This document shows positions 21,648 to 30,821 of a DNA stretch of 64,000 nt, one piece after another (position 1 is the stretch's first letter; each line of letters starts with the position of its first letter). Below the pieces are notes generated by a model. It was not told where the DNA came from and searched no databases. It saw only the letters and a program-made list of their open reading frames with translations. This DNA comes from an uncultured Acidobacteriota bacterium (lineage in GTDB: Bacteria; Acidobacteriota; UBA6911), in contig CAWJKZ010000016.1 in NCBI GenBank assembly GCA_963843575.1, forward strand, positions 32,001 to 96,000, in the 5' to 3' direction. A program made the translations under genes and the position numbers.

Positions 21648-21700
21648 AAACCCCCACCGGTGGCGGGCCTGATCCCGCCGCGGTGGGGGTTTCCATTTTC
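21648..21700 (+). terminator. Rho-independent terminator-like hairpin after the TBDR
   Basis: AAACCCCCACCG...CGGTGGGGGTTT followed by CCATTTT. Confidence 0.6.
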
Positions 21701-21754
21701 GCCAGGCAAACGACTTCCGATGAGCGCTGCGGTACAATGTGCGCGGGAGGCCCT

Positions 21755-23310
21755 ATGGCGACGACATCGACATCGACCGCGCTGCTTTCCAGACTGAGCA
21801 TCGGAGAGGTCAACCCGGGCGCCTGCTCCGGCCCGGACCGCTGGATCACCGATCCGGAGGGCAAACTGGCGGTTTCCTTCAACCCGAGCACGGGCGAGCC
21901 GATCGCCAGGGTCGCGCTGGCGACGGCTGCATCCTGCGACCAAGTCGTCCGGGACGCCGCCGCGGCTTTCGAGTCCTGGCGTATGATCCCGGCGCCCAAA
22001 CGGGGCGACGTGATCCGCGATCTCGGCAACGCCCTGCGCGACCGCCAAGGAGCCGCTGGGCGATCTCGTCAGCCTGGAGATGGGCAAGATCCGCGCCGAG
22101 GGACACGGCGAAGTCCAGGAGATGATCGACATCTGCGACTTCGCGGTCGGGCTGTCGCGCCAGCTCTACGGCCTGACGATGCGCGTCCGAGCGGCCCGGC
22201 CACCGCATGATGGAGCAGTGGCACCCGCTCGGCGTCGTCGGGGTCATCACCGCCTTCAACTTCCCGGTGGCCGTCTGGTCGTGGAACGCCGCCATCGCCG
22301 CCGTCTGCGGCGACCCCGTCGTCTGGAAGCCCGCCGGCCCCACGCCCCTGACCGCCGTCGCCGTGCAGCACATCGCCAACCGCGTCATGGCCGACCACGG
22401 CCTGCGCGGCATCTTCAACCTGGCCATCGGGCCGGGCAGCGCCGTGGGCGAGCGCCTGCTGAAGGACCCGCGGCTGCCGCTGATCTCGTTCACGGGCTCC
22501 ACCCTCGTCGGCCGGCACGTGGCCGAAGTCGTCGCGCGCCGCTTCGGGCGCACGATCCTCGAACTCGGCGGCAACAACGCCATCATCGTCGCCGAAGACG
22601 CCGACCTCGACCTGGCGACCCGCGCCATCCTGTTCGGCGCCGTCGGCACCGCGGGCCAGCGCTGCACCTCGACCCGGCGCATCATCGTGCACACGTGCCA
22701 TCGCGAGGCAGCTGACCGAGCGCCTGCAAGGGCGCCTACGCGCAGGTCCGCATCGGCGACCCGCTCGATCCCGCCACCCTCATGGGCCCGCTCGTCACAC
22801 CCGAGGCGGTCGACGACATGATGGCAGCCATGGAACAGGCGCGTGCCGAAGGGGGCGAGGTGCTCTGCGGCGGACGCCGGCGCCCCGACATCGGACCCCA
22901 GTTCGTCGAACCGACCATCGTCCGAATGCCCGCACAGACCGAGATCGTCAAACGGGAGACCTTCGCCCCGATCCTCTATCTGCTCGAATACGACGCCTTC
23001 GAGCAGGCCCTGAGGCTGCACAACGATGTCCCGCAGGGGCTCTCCAGCGCCATCTTCACCGGGAGCGTGCGCAAGGCCGAGGAATTCCTGTCGGCCCGCG
23101 GCTCCGACTGCGGCATCGCCAACGTCAACATCGGCACCTCCGGCGCCGAGATCGGCGGCGCCTTCGGCGGCGAGAAGGAAACCGGCGGCGGCCGCGAGTC
23201 CGGCTCCGACGCCTGGAAGGCCTACATGCGCCGCCAGACCAACACCATCAACTGGTCTACCCACCTGCCCCTTAGCCCAAGGGATCAAGTTCGGGGACGG
23301 ACCGGGCTAA
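21755..23310 (+). CDS. Aldehyde dehydrogenase family 7 (antiquitin / piperideine-6-carboxylate dehydrogenase-like); several frameshifts
   Basis: ATG 21755 after GGAGG; [107 protein letters not shown]. Frame breaks near 22045, 22185, 22700-22735 and 23275. Confidence 0.85.
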
Positions 23311-23543
23311 ACTATTTGAATACAGTTACTTATGGAAAAAATAGACCCAATAAGCCCTCTTATTTTGCGATTTTTGCCTCTCCTTTTCGCGTTTAAGGGC
23401 TCCTTTCGCTGCCGGCTTTCCCGATTATCGCCCGGAAGCCCTTATTCGCGAAAAAGAGGCCCCAAAATCGCAAATAAGGGCCTCTTTTAGCCTCATTTCT
23501 GCGGTAACTCTTGTTAACAAGAAGTTTGTTCTGGTCCGTCCCC
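23293..23543. mobile_element. MITE-like family C: 251-bp AT-rich element with long imperfect inverted arms
   Basis: Ends GGGGACGGACC (23293) and GGTCCGTCCCC (23533-23543). Arms share GTTAC...CTTATT(T)GCGATTTT...TTTTCGCG..TAAGGGCT. A further left end lies at 39323. Confidence 0.7.
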
Positions 23544-24577
23544 TACTTCCTGGCGAGGATTATCGGGGAGTGCCACTCGATGTCGGCGGTTTCAACGTGT
23601 TGGAACCCCGCCTCCTGCAGCCAGCGCCGGTACTCGGAGACCGTGTAGGTGCTCCCCTTTTCGGTGTTGACGAGCATGTTGAGCGCGAAGATGGCGGCAA
23701 ACGGCGGGCCTGTCCGCTCCTCGTTCGGGATCATGTCGATGACCACCATTTCGCCGCCGTCGCGCAACGCCCGGTGCAGTCGACGGAACAGGTCCCGTGA
23801 CGATTCTTCGCCCTCGGAGTGCACGATGTTGCCGAGCAGGGCCACGTCGTAGCGTTGCTCTCCGAACTCGACGCGCTTCAGGTCGCCCGGCAGGAAGTCG
23901 TACTGGGCTTCGACCCCGTGTCGGCGCAGTTGCTCGCGCGTGACGTCGAGCATCCGCGGGTAATCCTGGGCGGTGACGCGCGCCCCGGCGTCCGCCTCGG
24001 CGAAAGCGATCCCCCAGACGCCCGACCCTGCGGCGACGTCCAGGATGCGCAGTTGACCGCGCCCGTTGCCGGCGCCGAGCAGCCGGGCGATCCGCTGCGC
24101 GGGTTCGCGGTGGACGATGTGCAGCCCCCGGACCAGCTTCGGGAAGAACTCCTCGGCCTCCTTCTGCGTCTCCACCCGACGGTAGGGGCGGTCGGTGCGC
24201 ACGCTTTCGGTCAGGCTCCCCCAGGAGTCCCACAGCGACTCCATGGTCAGGAAATCGCCGAGACAATCGGGGCTGGCCCGCACCATGTACTGCGCCGCGA
24301 ACGGAGTAAGGGAATACTGGTCGCGCTTTTTCTCGAGCAACCGCATCGCAGTCAGCGCGTCGAGCAGCATCCGGATACCGCGCTCTGCTGCCCCCGCCGC
24401 GCCCGCGATGCGTGTGGCGGTCCTGTGCCCGTCGTATATCCTGGAGAACACGTCCAATTCCACCGCGCTCATCAGGATGCGGGCCGGAGCGAAGCCGAGG
24501 TGAAGTTCCATCAGCTGCGGCATGCCGAACTCCTGCTGCCTGCGAGCGGACGGCTGCTCCTCCTGTCTTGTTTTCAT
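23543..24577 (-). CDS. Class I SAM-dependent O-methyltransferase with dimerisation domain
   Basis: ILMSAVELDVF, ILDVAAGSGVW, FLPGDL, LLGNIVH, ALNMLVNTEKGSTY. Confidence 0.85.
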   Translation of the reverse strand: MKTRQEEQPSARRQQEFGMPQLMELHLGFAPARILMSAVELDVFSRIYDGHRTATRIAGAAGAAERGIRMLLDALTAMRLLEKKRDQYSLTPFAAQYMVRASPDCLGDFLTMESLWDSWGSLTESVRTDRPYRRVETQKEAEEFFPKLVRGLHIVHREPAQRIARLLGAGNGRGQLRILDVAAGSGVWGIAFAEADAGARVTAQDYPRMLDVTREQLRRHGVEAQYDFLPGDLKRVEFGEQRYDVALLGNIVHSEGEESSRDLFRRLHRALRDGGEMVVIDMIPNEERTGPPFAAIFALNMLVNTEKGSTYTVSEYRRWLQEAGFQHVETADIEWHSPIILARK

Positions 24578-24701
24578 GGATACCCCCCTGTCTTTTGGAT
24601 GGGGCCGCCCGCCCCCGAGCGGCGAGCGGCAGCTTTCCGCAGCAGGATAGCAAAGCGCGCGGCGCCGTGCCGGTGAATGAATTCACATCGAGCGCAAAGT
24701 A

Positions 24702-26162
24702 TTACCGGTTGGCCAGATGGTAAGCGGCGGCGAGGCCGATGCGTGCGGCGTCGGCCATGATGTCGGGATTGACGCGATAGATGGTGTCGCCGGTCCGGTG
24801 GTATTCCAGGTGGGGTCCGTTGGACGAGAAAGAAAGGCAGGGGATGCCGCGCTCGAAGAACGGGGCGAAGTCGCTCCCCTGCACCCCGAGTCCCCGGATC
24901 GCGGAGGTGCCGCGCAGGGTGCCGGCCGCGGCTCCGGCCTGGGCGAGGGCCTGTTGCAGCTCGGGCCGGCCGTCGGTGTAGCCGCAGCCGATGCTGTCGC
25001 CGGCCCCGACCATATCGAAGTTCAGCATGGCCAGCGGCGGCCCCAGCCCCGCGGGAAAGTGCGCCGCCAGGTACCGCGATCCCTTCAGGCCGGACTCTTC
25101 GGCGCCGAAGAGCGCGAAGACCACGGACCTTTTCGGCTTGAGCGGCATGCCGGCGAGCGCCCGGGCGATCTCCAGGACGGCGGCGGTGCCGCTGGCGTTG
25201 TCGTTGGCGCCCGGGAACAGCAGGCTCGTTATGGTGCCGCAGTGATCGGCGTGCGCGCCGACGAGAACGTATTGTCCGCCCAGGGCGGGGTCGGAACCGG
25301 GCACGATCCCGACGACGTTGAACCCGGTCCCCTGCGGGACGTGCCTGGTCCGGACGGCGAGGCGCACGCGCGTGGAGGTGGCGAACGACAGCGGCTTCCT
25401 GTACTTCAGCAGGTCCGCACGCAGCGACTCCGCCCGGAAGCCGCGCGGGGCGAGGATCGTGTCGGCCACCTTGCGGCTCACGACCGCTGGGGTGAAGTCC
25501 TGGATCCAGTCGCCGTTCGGGTTGGCGATCGGGTCGTCGTAGATGTAGATGACCCCGAGAGCCCCCTTGGCGTGCGCGCGGGCCATGCGGGTCCGGTGCT
25601 CGTCGTGGTCCCGGTAGCGGGGATCGGAGTGGTCCGGGGTGCCCCGGAAGCAGAGCACGAACTTGCCGCGTAAGTCGAGGCCAGCGTAATCGTCGTAGTC
25701 GATTTCGGGGGCGCTGATGCCCCAGCCCGCGAAAACTATTTCTCCCGTGCGGTCACCCGTGTCGCTGAACATCAACGGAAGGAAATCCCGCCCGGGCTCG
25801 AGCTTAACCTCCCCGGGTTCAGGCCCCTGCGCGGGCGGGAACAGGGTCATGGCGCACTCCTCGACCGAAGTGTGCTGCATCGGGAAAGCCTGCAGATAGG
25901 TGCCCCCGTCTCCGGCCGGCTGCAGTCCCCATTCCCGCATCCGACTAGCCATCCAACGGGCCGCGCCGGCGTAACCGGCGTCGCCCGTCAGGCGCCCCGC
26001 GAACTCGGGCGAGGCGAGCCTGCGGCAGGTCTGGTAGACGACGGCGCTGTCGACCGCGCGCAGGGCGCGGTCGACGGGCGTCTCGGCCAGCGACGAGGCG
26101 AGCGTGCAGAAGAGGAGGAGCAGCAGCGCCCCGCCGGGGCGCTGCGCCGAAGGGAAACGCAT
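24702..26162 (-). CDS. M28 family metallopeptidase with PA domain
   Basis: True start ATG 26162 (MRFPSAQ... signal peptide); LASPEFAGRLTG, VFAGWGISAPEIDYDDYAG, VGAHADH, GANDNASG, FGAEESGL, NFDMVG, SDFAPF, YHRTGD. Confidence 0.88.
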   Translation of the reverse strand: MRFPSAQRPGGALLLLLFCTLASSLAETPVDRALRAVDSAVVYQTCRRLASPEFAGRLTGDAGYAGAARWMASRMREWGLQPAGDGGTYLQAFPMQHTSVEECAMTLFPPAQGPEPGEVKLEPGRDFLPLMFSDTGDRTGEIVFAGWGISAPEIDYDDYAGLDLRGKFVLCFRGTPDHSDPRYRDHDEHRTRMARAHAKGALGVIYIYDDPIANPNGDWIQDFTPAVVSRKVADTILAPRGFRAESLRADLLKYRKPLSFATSTRVRLAVRTRHVPQGTGFNVVGIVPGSDPALGGQYVLVGAHADHCGTITSLLFPGANDNASGTAAVLEIARALAGMPLKPKRSVVFALFGAEESGLKGSRYLAAHFPAGLGPPLAMLNFDMVGAGDSIGCGYTDGRPELQQALAQAGAAAGTLRGTSAIRGLGVQGSDFAPFFERGIPCLSFSSNGPHLEYHRTGDTIYRVNPDIMADAARIGLAAAYHLANR

Positions 26163-26167
26163 CGGTG

Positions 26168-27703
26168 TCAGCCCGCGGTGGAGACGGGGTCTGAGAAGTC
26201 GCGACACGCCGCGTCGTATTCCTTCCACCAGCCGCGCAGGACGTCCATGTCGGTGGCGCGCGGCTCGTCGCCGCCGCCCGACAGGTTCAGGTACTCGCGC
26301 AGCAGCGGCCGGAAGTGCGGGTGGGCGCACCTGTCGATGATGTCCTCGGCCCGGTGCCGGGCCGAGCGGATCTCGGTGTTCAGCGCGAAGCCCTGCTCGG
26401 TCACGACGCACTTGATGTCGTGCTCGGTGTGGTCGATGTGCCGCACGTACGGCATCACGCAGCTGACGGTCCGGCCGTCCTTCAGCCTCCGGATCGACGG
26501 CGTGTGCACGATGCTGATGTAGGCGTTGCGGAAGAAGTCGCCGCTGCCGCCGAGCCCGTTGACCACCCGCGAGCCGTCGACGTGCGTCGAGTTGACGTGG
26601 CCGTAGATGTCCACCTCGATCGGCGTGTTCATCGCGATGACGAACAGCCGCGAGATGATCTCGGCGCGAGTTGGAGAGCCACATCGGCCGCAGGACCAGC
26701 TTGTCGCGGCAGCGCGCGAACAGCCGCTCGAACTCCGCGCGCGCCGGCGCCGAGAACGAGACCGCCGTCGCCGAGGCGCAGTCGAACTTGTCGTCGTCCT
26801 CCACGTAGCGCATCATCCCGTCCTGGAACACCTCGGTCCAGAACCGGATCTTCTGGAAGGGGGACTCGTAGAGCTCGCCGACGATGGCGTTGGCGACGTT
26901 GCCGACGCCGGACTGGATCGGCGGCAGGCGCTTGCCCCAGTTGTACTGCTTGCGGCAGCGGAGCAGGAAATCGATCACGTTCTGGGCGATCTGCCGGTCG
27001 ATCTCCTGGGTGGGCTTGAAGCTGACCGGGTAGTCGGGCTGGTTCGATTCGACGACCGCCACGACCTTGCTCTTGTCGATCTCCACGTAGGGGGTGCCGA
27101 CCCGGTCGCTTGACGTTGATGATGGGGATCGGCCAGCCCACGTGCGGGTGCACCGCCGGCACCACGATGTCGTGGAACCCGGTGTAGTCCGGGATCGCCG
27201 TGTTGACCTCGAGGACGATCTTCTTCGCCATCGTCAGCGCCTCGGCCGAGATGCCGACCGACGAGGACAGGATCACGCTCCCGTCCGGCCGGATCCGCGA
27301 GACCTCGACCACCGCCAGGTCGATGTCGCCGTAGAAGCCGTACATGAGGTTGCGCGCGAACATCGAGAGGTGGACGTCCGTGAACTCCATCTGCCCGGAG
27401 TGGATCAGCTTGCGCGAGGCCGAGGACGACATGTACGGCCCGCGCTTGCCGACGAACGGCGCGATCGGGATTCTCGACCTCCTCCGACAGCGAGGCCCCG
27501 CTGAAGAGTGCGATTTTCGTCTTGGCGCCGGTCTGTTCCAGGTGCCGCGCCAGCGCGGGTATGAATGCCTTGGGCTCGCCGGACTTGGTGAAGCCGCTGA
27601 TGCCGATCTGGTCGTGGTTCTTCACCACCTTGACCGCCTCCTCCACAGGCATGAGCTTGCCCAACAACTCGGTACACTCGACTCGATCACTTATGTTTGT
27701 CAT
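26168..27703 (-). CDS. Acetyl-CoA hydrolase / succinate CoA-transferase family (AarC/Ach1-like); three frameshifts
   Basis: ATG 27703 after GAGGAG; [82 protein letters not shown]. Frame breaks near 27468, 27105 and 26668. Confidence 0.85.
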
Positions 27704-27898
27704 GTATGACTCCTCGACCCTCGTCTTGCCGCAACCACACGGGTTATGAATGAATTCGGGGACTGTCTCCCGCGGGGAATGATCATAGAGGAAGCGGCCG
27801 AAAGCAACGAAAATCTGAAGCGCGCGCACCCACCCCAAGTCACGCTGCGCGGCGGGTTTCCCCCGGCGAAAACGGGCCGTTCGGCGGGCGGCCGCGGA

Positions 27899-28399
27899 TC
27901 AGTCCGTCCGGGAGGCCAGCGCCACGCGGGTGCGGTTGACAATCAGGTAGCGCAGGTCCCGGATCGGTCCGGGGACGCCGCCTGCCAGGCCGAAGAAGCC
28001 GGCGACCTCGGGCGAGTCCACCACGATGAACCGGTTTGCGCCGAGGTCCGCAAAAAGCCTCCGGCCGACCCTGCCCGTGACCGACAGCCCGGAGCGGCAC
28101 GCCAGCTCGAGCCTTATGCCGGTCAGTTCACGGTCGGCGTCGGCGGCCAGCGCCCTGAGCCCCTCGTCGCCCCCCGCCTCGACCAGTTCGTGGGCGAGCA
28201 GCACCTCGTCGACCTTGACCAGCGCCGCGCCCGGCCCGTCCGGCGCGCCACCCCGGTGGCGGACAATGGTGGCCTCGTCCACCTCAAGGAACGCGCGCGG
28301 GGTGGCGTTGAGAAAATCCGTGAGGCGCCGCCCGCCGGTCGCCACGTGCCCCCGGATCAGGAAGTCGTCCGTCACGAGAAGGTCTTTGACGTATCTCAA
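27899..28399 (-). CDS. Hypothetical protein (DUF6812-like tandem small beta domains)
   Basis: Follows the AKR gene by 6 bp; FLIRGHV..GGRRLTDFLN...FLEVDEA pattern. Confidence 0.55.
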   Translation of the reverse strand: MRYVKDLLVTDDFLIRGHVATGGRRLTDFLNATPRAFLEVDEATIVRHRGGAPDGPGAALVKVDEVLLAHELVEAGGDEGLRALAADADRELTGIRLELACRSGLSVTGRVGRRLFADLGANRFIVVDSPEVAGFFGLAGGVPGPIRDLRYLIVNRTRVALASRTD

Positions 28400-28405
28400 G
28401 CCCGG

Positions 28406-29401
28406 CTACGCCCAGAAGATCTCGGGAATCCGGGTCGGCCCGTCCAGGTGCCCGACCAGCCTCTTCTCCAGCGGGGCCCGCGACGGGTCGAGGTTGCGCC
28501 GCAACTGCTCGACCTCGGCCGGCTTGAGCGGTTCGAAGCCCCGGGCGATATCGGTGTTCTGGTCGATGTGGTCGACGGCGGGCATGCCGATGACCGCCGC
28601 CGTGACGGGCAACCCCATCGAGTAGCGCAACAGCAGGCCGATGTCCGCCTTGCCGGGCTCGTGGCCAACCAGGAACTCCTGCCCCGCCACCTTCATCGCA
28701 ATGACACCCAGCTTCTTCCTGTTGGCGGCCGGGAGGGCGAGCTCCTCGAAACGCCCGTTGCGGCTGGCGTTGAGCGCCATCTGGGCACAGTTCAGGTCGT
28801 GCCGCTCAATCGCCTGCGCGAGGACCGCGCCGTCGGTGTGGCTCGTCATCCCGATGAAGCGGGTGAGCTTCCGCTCGCGCGCCTCCAGCAACCCCTTCAG
28901 GGCCCCGTCGGGCGCCTCGATCTTCGCCAGGTCCTCCGCCTTGCCCAGGCTGTGGATGTGGACGAGGTCCACCTGGTCGACCTGCAGGCGCTTCAGGCTC
29001 GCCTCGAGCCTGCGCAGAAAACCGTCCCGCGTGCGGTCCGGGATCTTCGTGGCCAGAAACACCTCTTTGCGGCGCGACGGCATGAGCTTGCCGACCCTCG
29101 TCTCGCTCTCGCCGTCACCGTAGGAAAAAGCGGTGTCGACGTACGTGATGCCCAGGTCGATCCCACGGTTGAGCGCGGCCAGCGCCTTGTCCTCCTCCTT
29201 GTACATCAGCCAGCGGCTCCCGCAGCCAAAGGCGAGTATCGAGACGCTCACTCCCGTGGCCCCGAGCACACGGTGTGGGAGCGTTTTCTTGGCCGGCGGC
29301 TCGGCCCCGGCGTTCTGCGCGAAGACTTTCAACCCGGCGCCCGCGGCGGTGCCCGCGGCGACCCGTTCGAGGAACTCACGGCGAGACTGTTCTTTGGTCA
29401 T
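28406..29401 (-). CDS. Aldo/keto reductase with Tat signal
   Basis: SRREFL Tat motif; LGATGVSVSILAFG, ITYVDTAFSYG, VFLATK, SLKRLQVDQVDLVHIH, RFIGMTSH, IAMK. Confidence 0.88.
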   Translation of the reverse strand: MTKEQSRREFLERVAAGTAAGAGLKVFAQNAGAEPPAKKTLPHRVLGATGVSVSILAFGCGSRWLMYKEEDKALAALNRGIDLGITYVDTAFSYGDGESETRVGKLMPSRRKEVFLATKIPDRTRDGFLRRLEASLKRLQVDQVDLVHIHSLGKAEDLAKIEAPDGALKGLLEARERKLTRFIGMTSHTDGAVLAQAIERHDLNCAQMALNASRNGRFEELALPAANRKKLGVIAMKVAGQEFLVGHEPGKADIGLLLRYSMGLPVTAAVIGMPAVDHIDQNTDIARGFEPLKPAEVEQLRRNLDPSRAPLEKRLVGHLDGPTRIPEIFWA

Positions 29402-29447
29402 GACCCCTCCGGCAAGTGCTGCAGTGTCTGCCGGGCATTATAGCGCC

Positions 29448-29544
29448 GGGAGCCAGGAGCCGGAAGCCGGAAGCGGAAGCCAGAAGCGAGGCGACGCAGT
29501 GAGCGCCGTCGCGGGAGTGGCTTCCGGGCTTCGGGCTTCCGGCT
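29448..29544. repeat. Inverted arrays of GGAAGCC-like heptamers in the divergent AKR/amrS intergenic region
   Basis: GGAGCCA GGAGCC GGAAGCC GGAAGC GGAAGCC AGAAGC ... GGCTTCCG GGCTTCG GGCTTCC GGCTT. Confidence 0.6.
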
Positions 29545-29574
29545 TTGACATCGGCGCGCCGGCGGGACTATAAA
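29545..29574 (+). promoter_or_regulatory. Sigma70-type promoter of amrS (nearly leaderless transcript)
   Basis: TTGACA (29545-50), 18 bp, TATAAA (29569-74); ATG at 29585 with no SD. Confidence 0.6.
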
Positions 29575-29584
29575 CGGACCCGAC

Positions 29585-30784
29585 ATGCCCAGGATTTCAC
29601 GGCGCGATTTCATGATGACCGGCTCGGGGCTCGGGCTCCTGGCCGCGGCGGGCTCCGGAGGGTTCGGTTTCGCCGACCGGCTGGACGAGATACTCCGGTC
29701 GGCTCCGAAGGCGCGGTACTGGGTCTCGACCGCGTCCGGGCCCGGGCACTGCCGCGACTGTCACGCCGGGGAGGCGGCACCCGGGGCGAGCCCTCACGAC
29801 CGGCGCCGCACCATCGTCCGCTGTGGACTGTGCGCGCAGCGCTGCACGCTCGCGCCCGGAGAACGCGGCAAGTGCCGGGCCCGGATGAACGTGGCCGGCG
29901 ACCTGCGCAGCCTCGTCTACGGCCGGCCGGTGGCGGTCCACGTCGACCCGATCGAGAAGAAGCCGTTCTACCATTTCCTGCCGGGGTCGGCGGCGTTTTC
30001 CCTCGCCACGTCCGGGTGCCCGCTGCGCTGCAAGTTCTGTCAGAACTGGCAGATCTCGCAGTCCAGCCCCGAGGACCACGACGCGCCCTTTACCCCACCG
30101 GGGGCGGTCGTCGAAAACGCCGCCGCCCGCAAGGCGCCGGTCATCGCCTTCACCTACAACGAACCCACCGTGTTCGCCGAGTACCTGACCGACATCGCGC
30201 GGCGGGCGCGGCCGCAAGGGATCCGCAGCGTCATGGTCAGCTGCGGCTTTGCGCAACCCGAGCCGCTCGCCGAGATCTGCGGCGTCCTCGACGCGATCAA
30301 GATCGACCTGAAGGGGCTCGGCGAGGCTTTCTACCGCGACGTGTGCGGTGCCGAACTTCAACCCGTGCTCCGCACCATCAAGCAGATCGCCTCGACACGG
30401 AGCGTCCACCTCGAGATTGTCAATCTCGTGGTCCCCACTCTCAACGATTCCGAGCCCATGCTTCGGGCGCTCGCGGAGTGGGTCATGGGGGAGGTCGGCC
30501 CCGACGTCCCCCTCCACTTCACGCGGTTCCACCCGGACTACCAGCTCCTGAACCTCCCGCCCACGCCCGTCTCCACGCTGGAGCGCGCCCGGGAGATCGC
30601 GCTCGCCCGGGGGCTCCGCTACGTCTTCGTGGGGAACGTGCCCGATCACCCCGGCAACCACACCTACTGCCCGGGCTGTGGGAAGATCGTTATCAGGAGA
30701 AACGCTTTCTTCGTGCTCGAGATGCACCTGAAGGGCGGCAAATGCCGGTTCTGCGGCAGGGCCGTCGCAGGAGTCTGGTCCTGA
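29585..30784 (+). CDS. amrS: AmmeMemoRadiSam system radical SAM enzyme with Tat signal and extra CxxCH
   Basis: CGLCAQRC...GKC, DPIEKKPFYHFLPG, GCPLRCKFCQNWQISQ, AFTYNEP, IDLKG, PLHFTRFHPDY, YVFVGNV, C-terminal CPGC/CRFC. N-terminus SRRDFM; CRDCH at residues 56-60. Confidence 0.92.
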   Translation: MPRISRRDFMMTGSGLGLLAAAGSGGFGFADRLDEILRSAPKARYWVSTASGPGHCRDCHAGEAAPGASPHDRRRTIVRCGLCAQRCTLAPGERGKCRARMNVAGDLRSLVYGRPVAVHVDPIEKKPFYHFLPGSAAFSLATSGCPLRCKFCQNWQISQSSPEDHDAPFTPPGAVVENAAARKAPVIAFTYNEPTVFAEYLTDIARRARPQGIRSVMVSCGFAQPEPLAEICGVLDAIKIDLKGLGEAFYRDVCGAELQPVLRTIKQIASTRSVHLEIVNLVVPTLNDSEPMLRALAEWVMGEVGPDVPLHFTRFHPDYQLLNLPPTPVSTLERAREIALARGLRYVFVGNVPDHPGNHTYCPGCGKIVIRRNAFFVLEMHLKGGKCRFCGRAVAGVWS

Positions 30785-30821
30785 GGGCCCCGCCGGCCGC
30801 CGGCGCACAGAAAGGAAACGC

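Noticed and set aside
24702-27086. 794-aa CoA transferase-M28 peptidase fusion in the ORF track
   Set aside because: An artefact of the frameshift near 26668; the peptidase has its own ATG and signal peptide at 26162.
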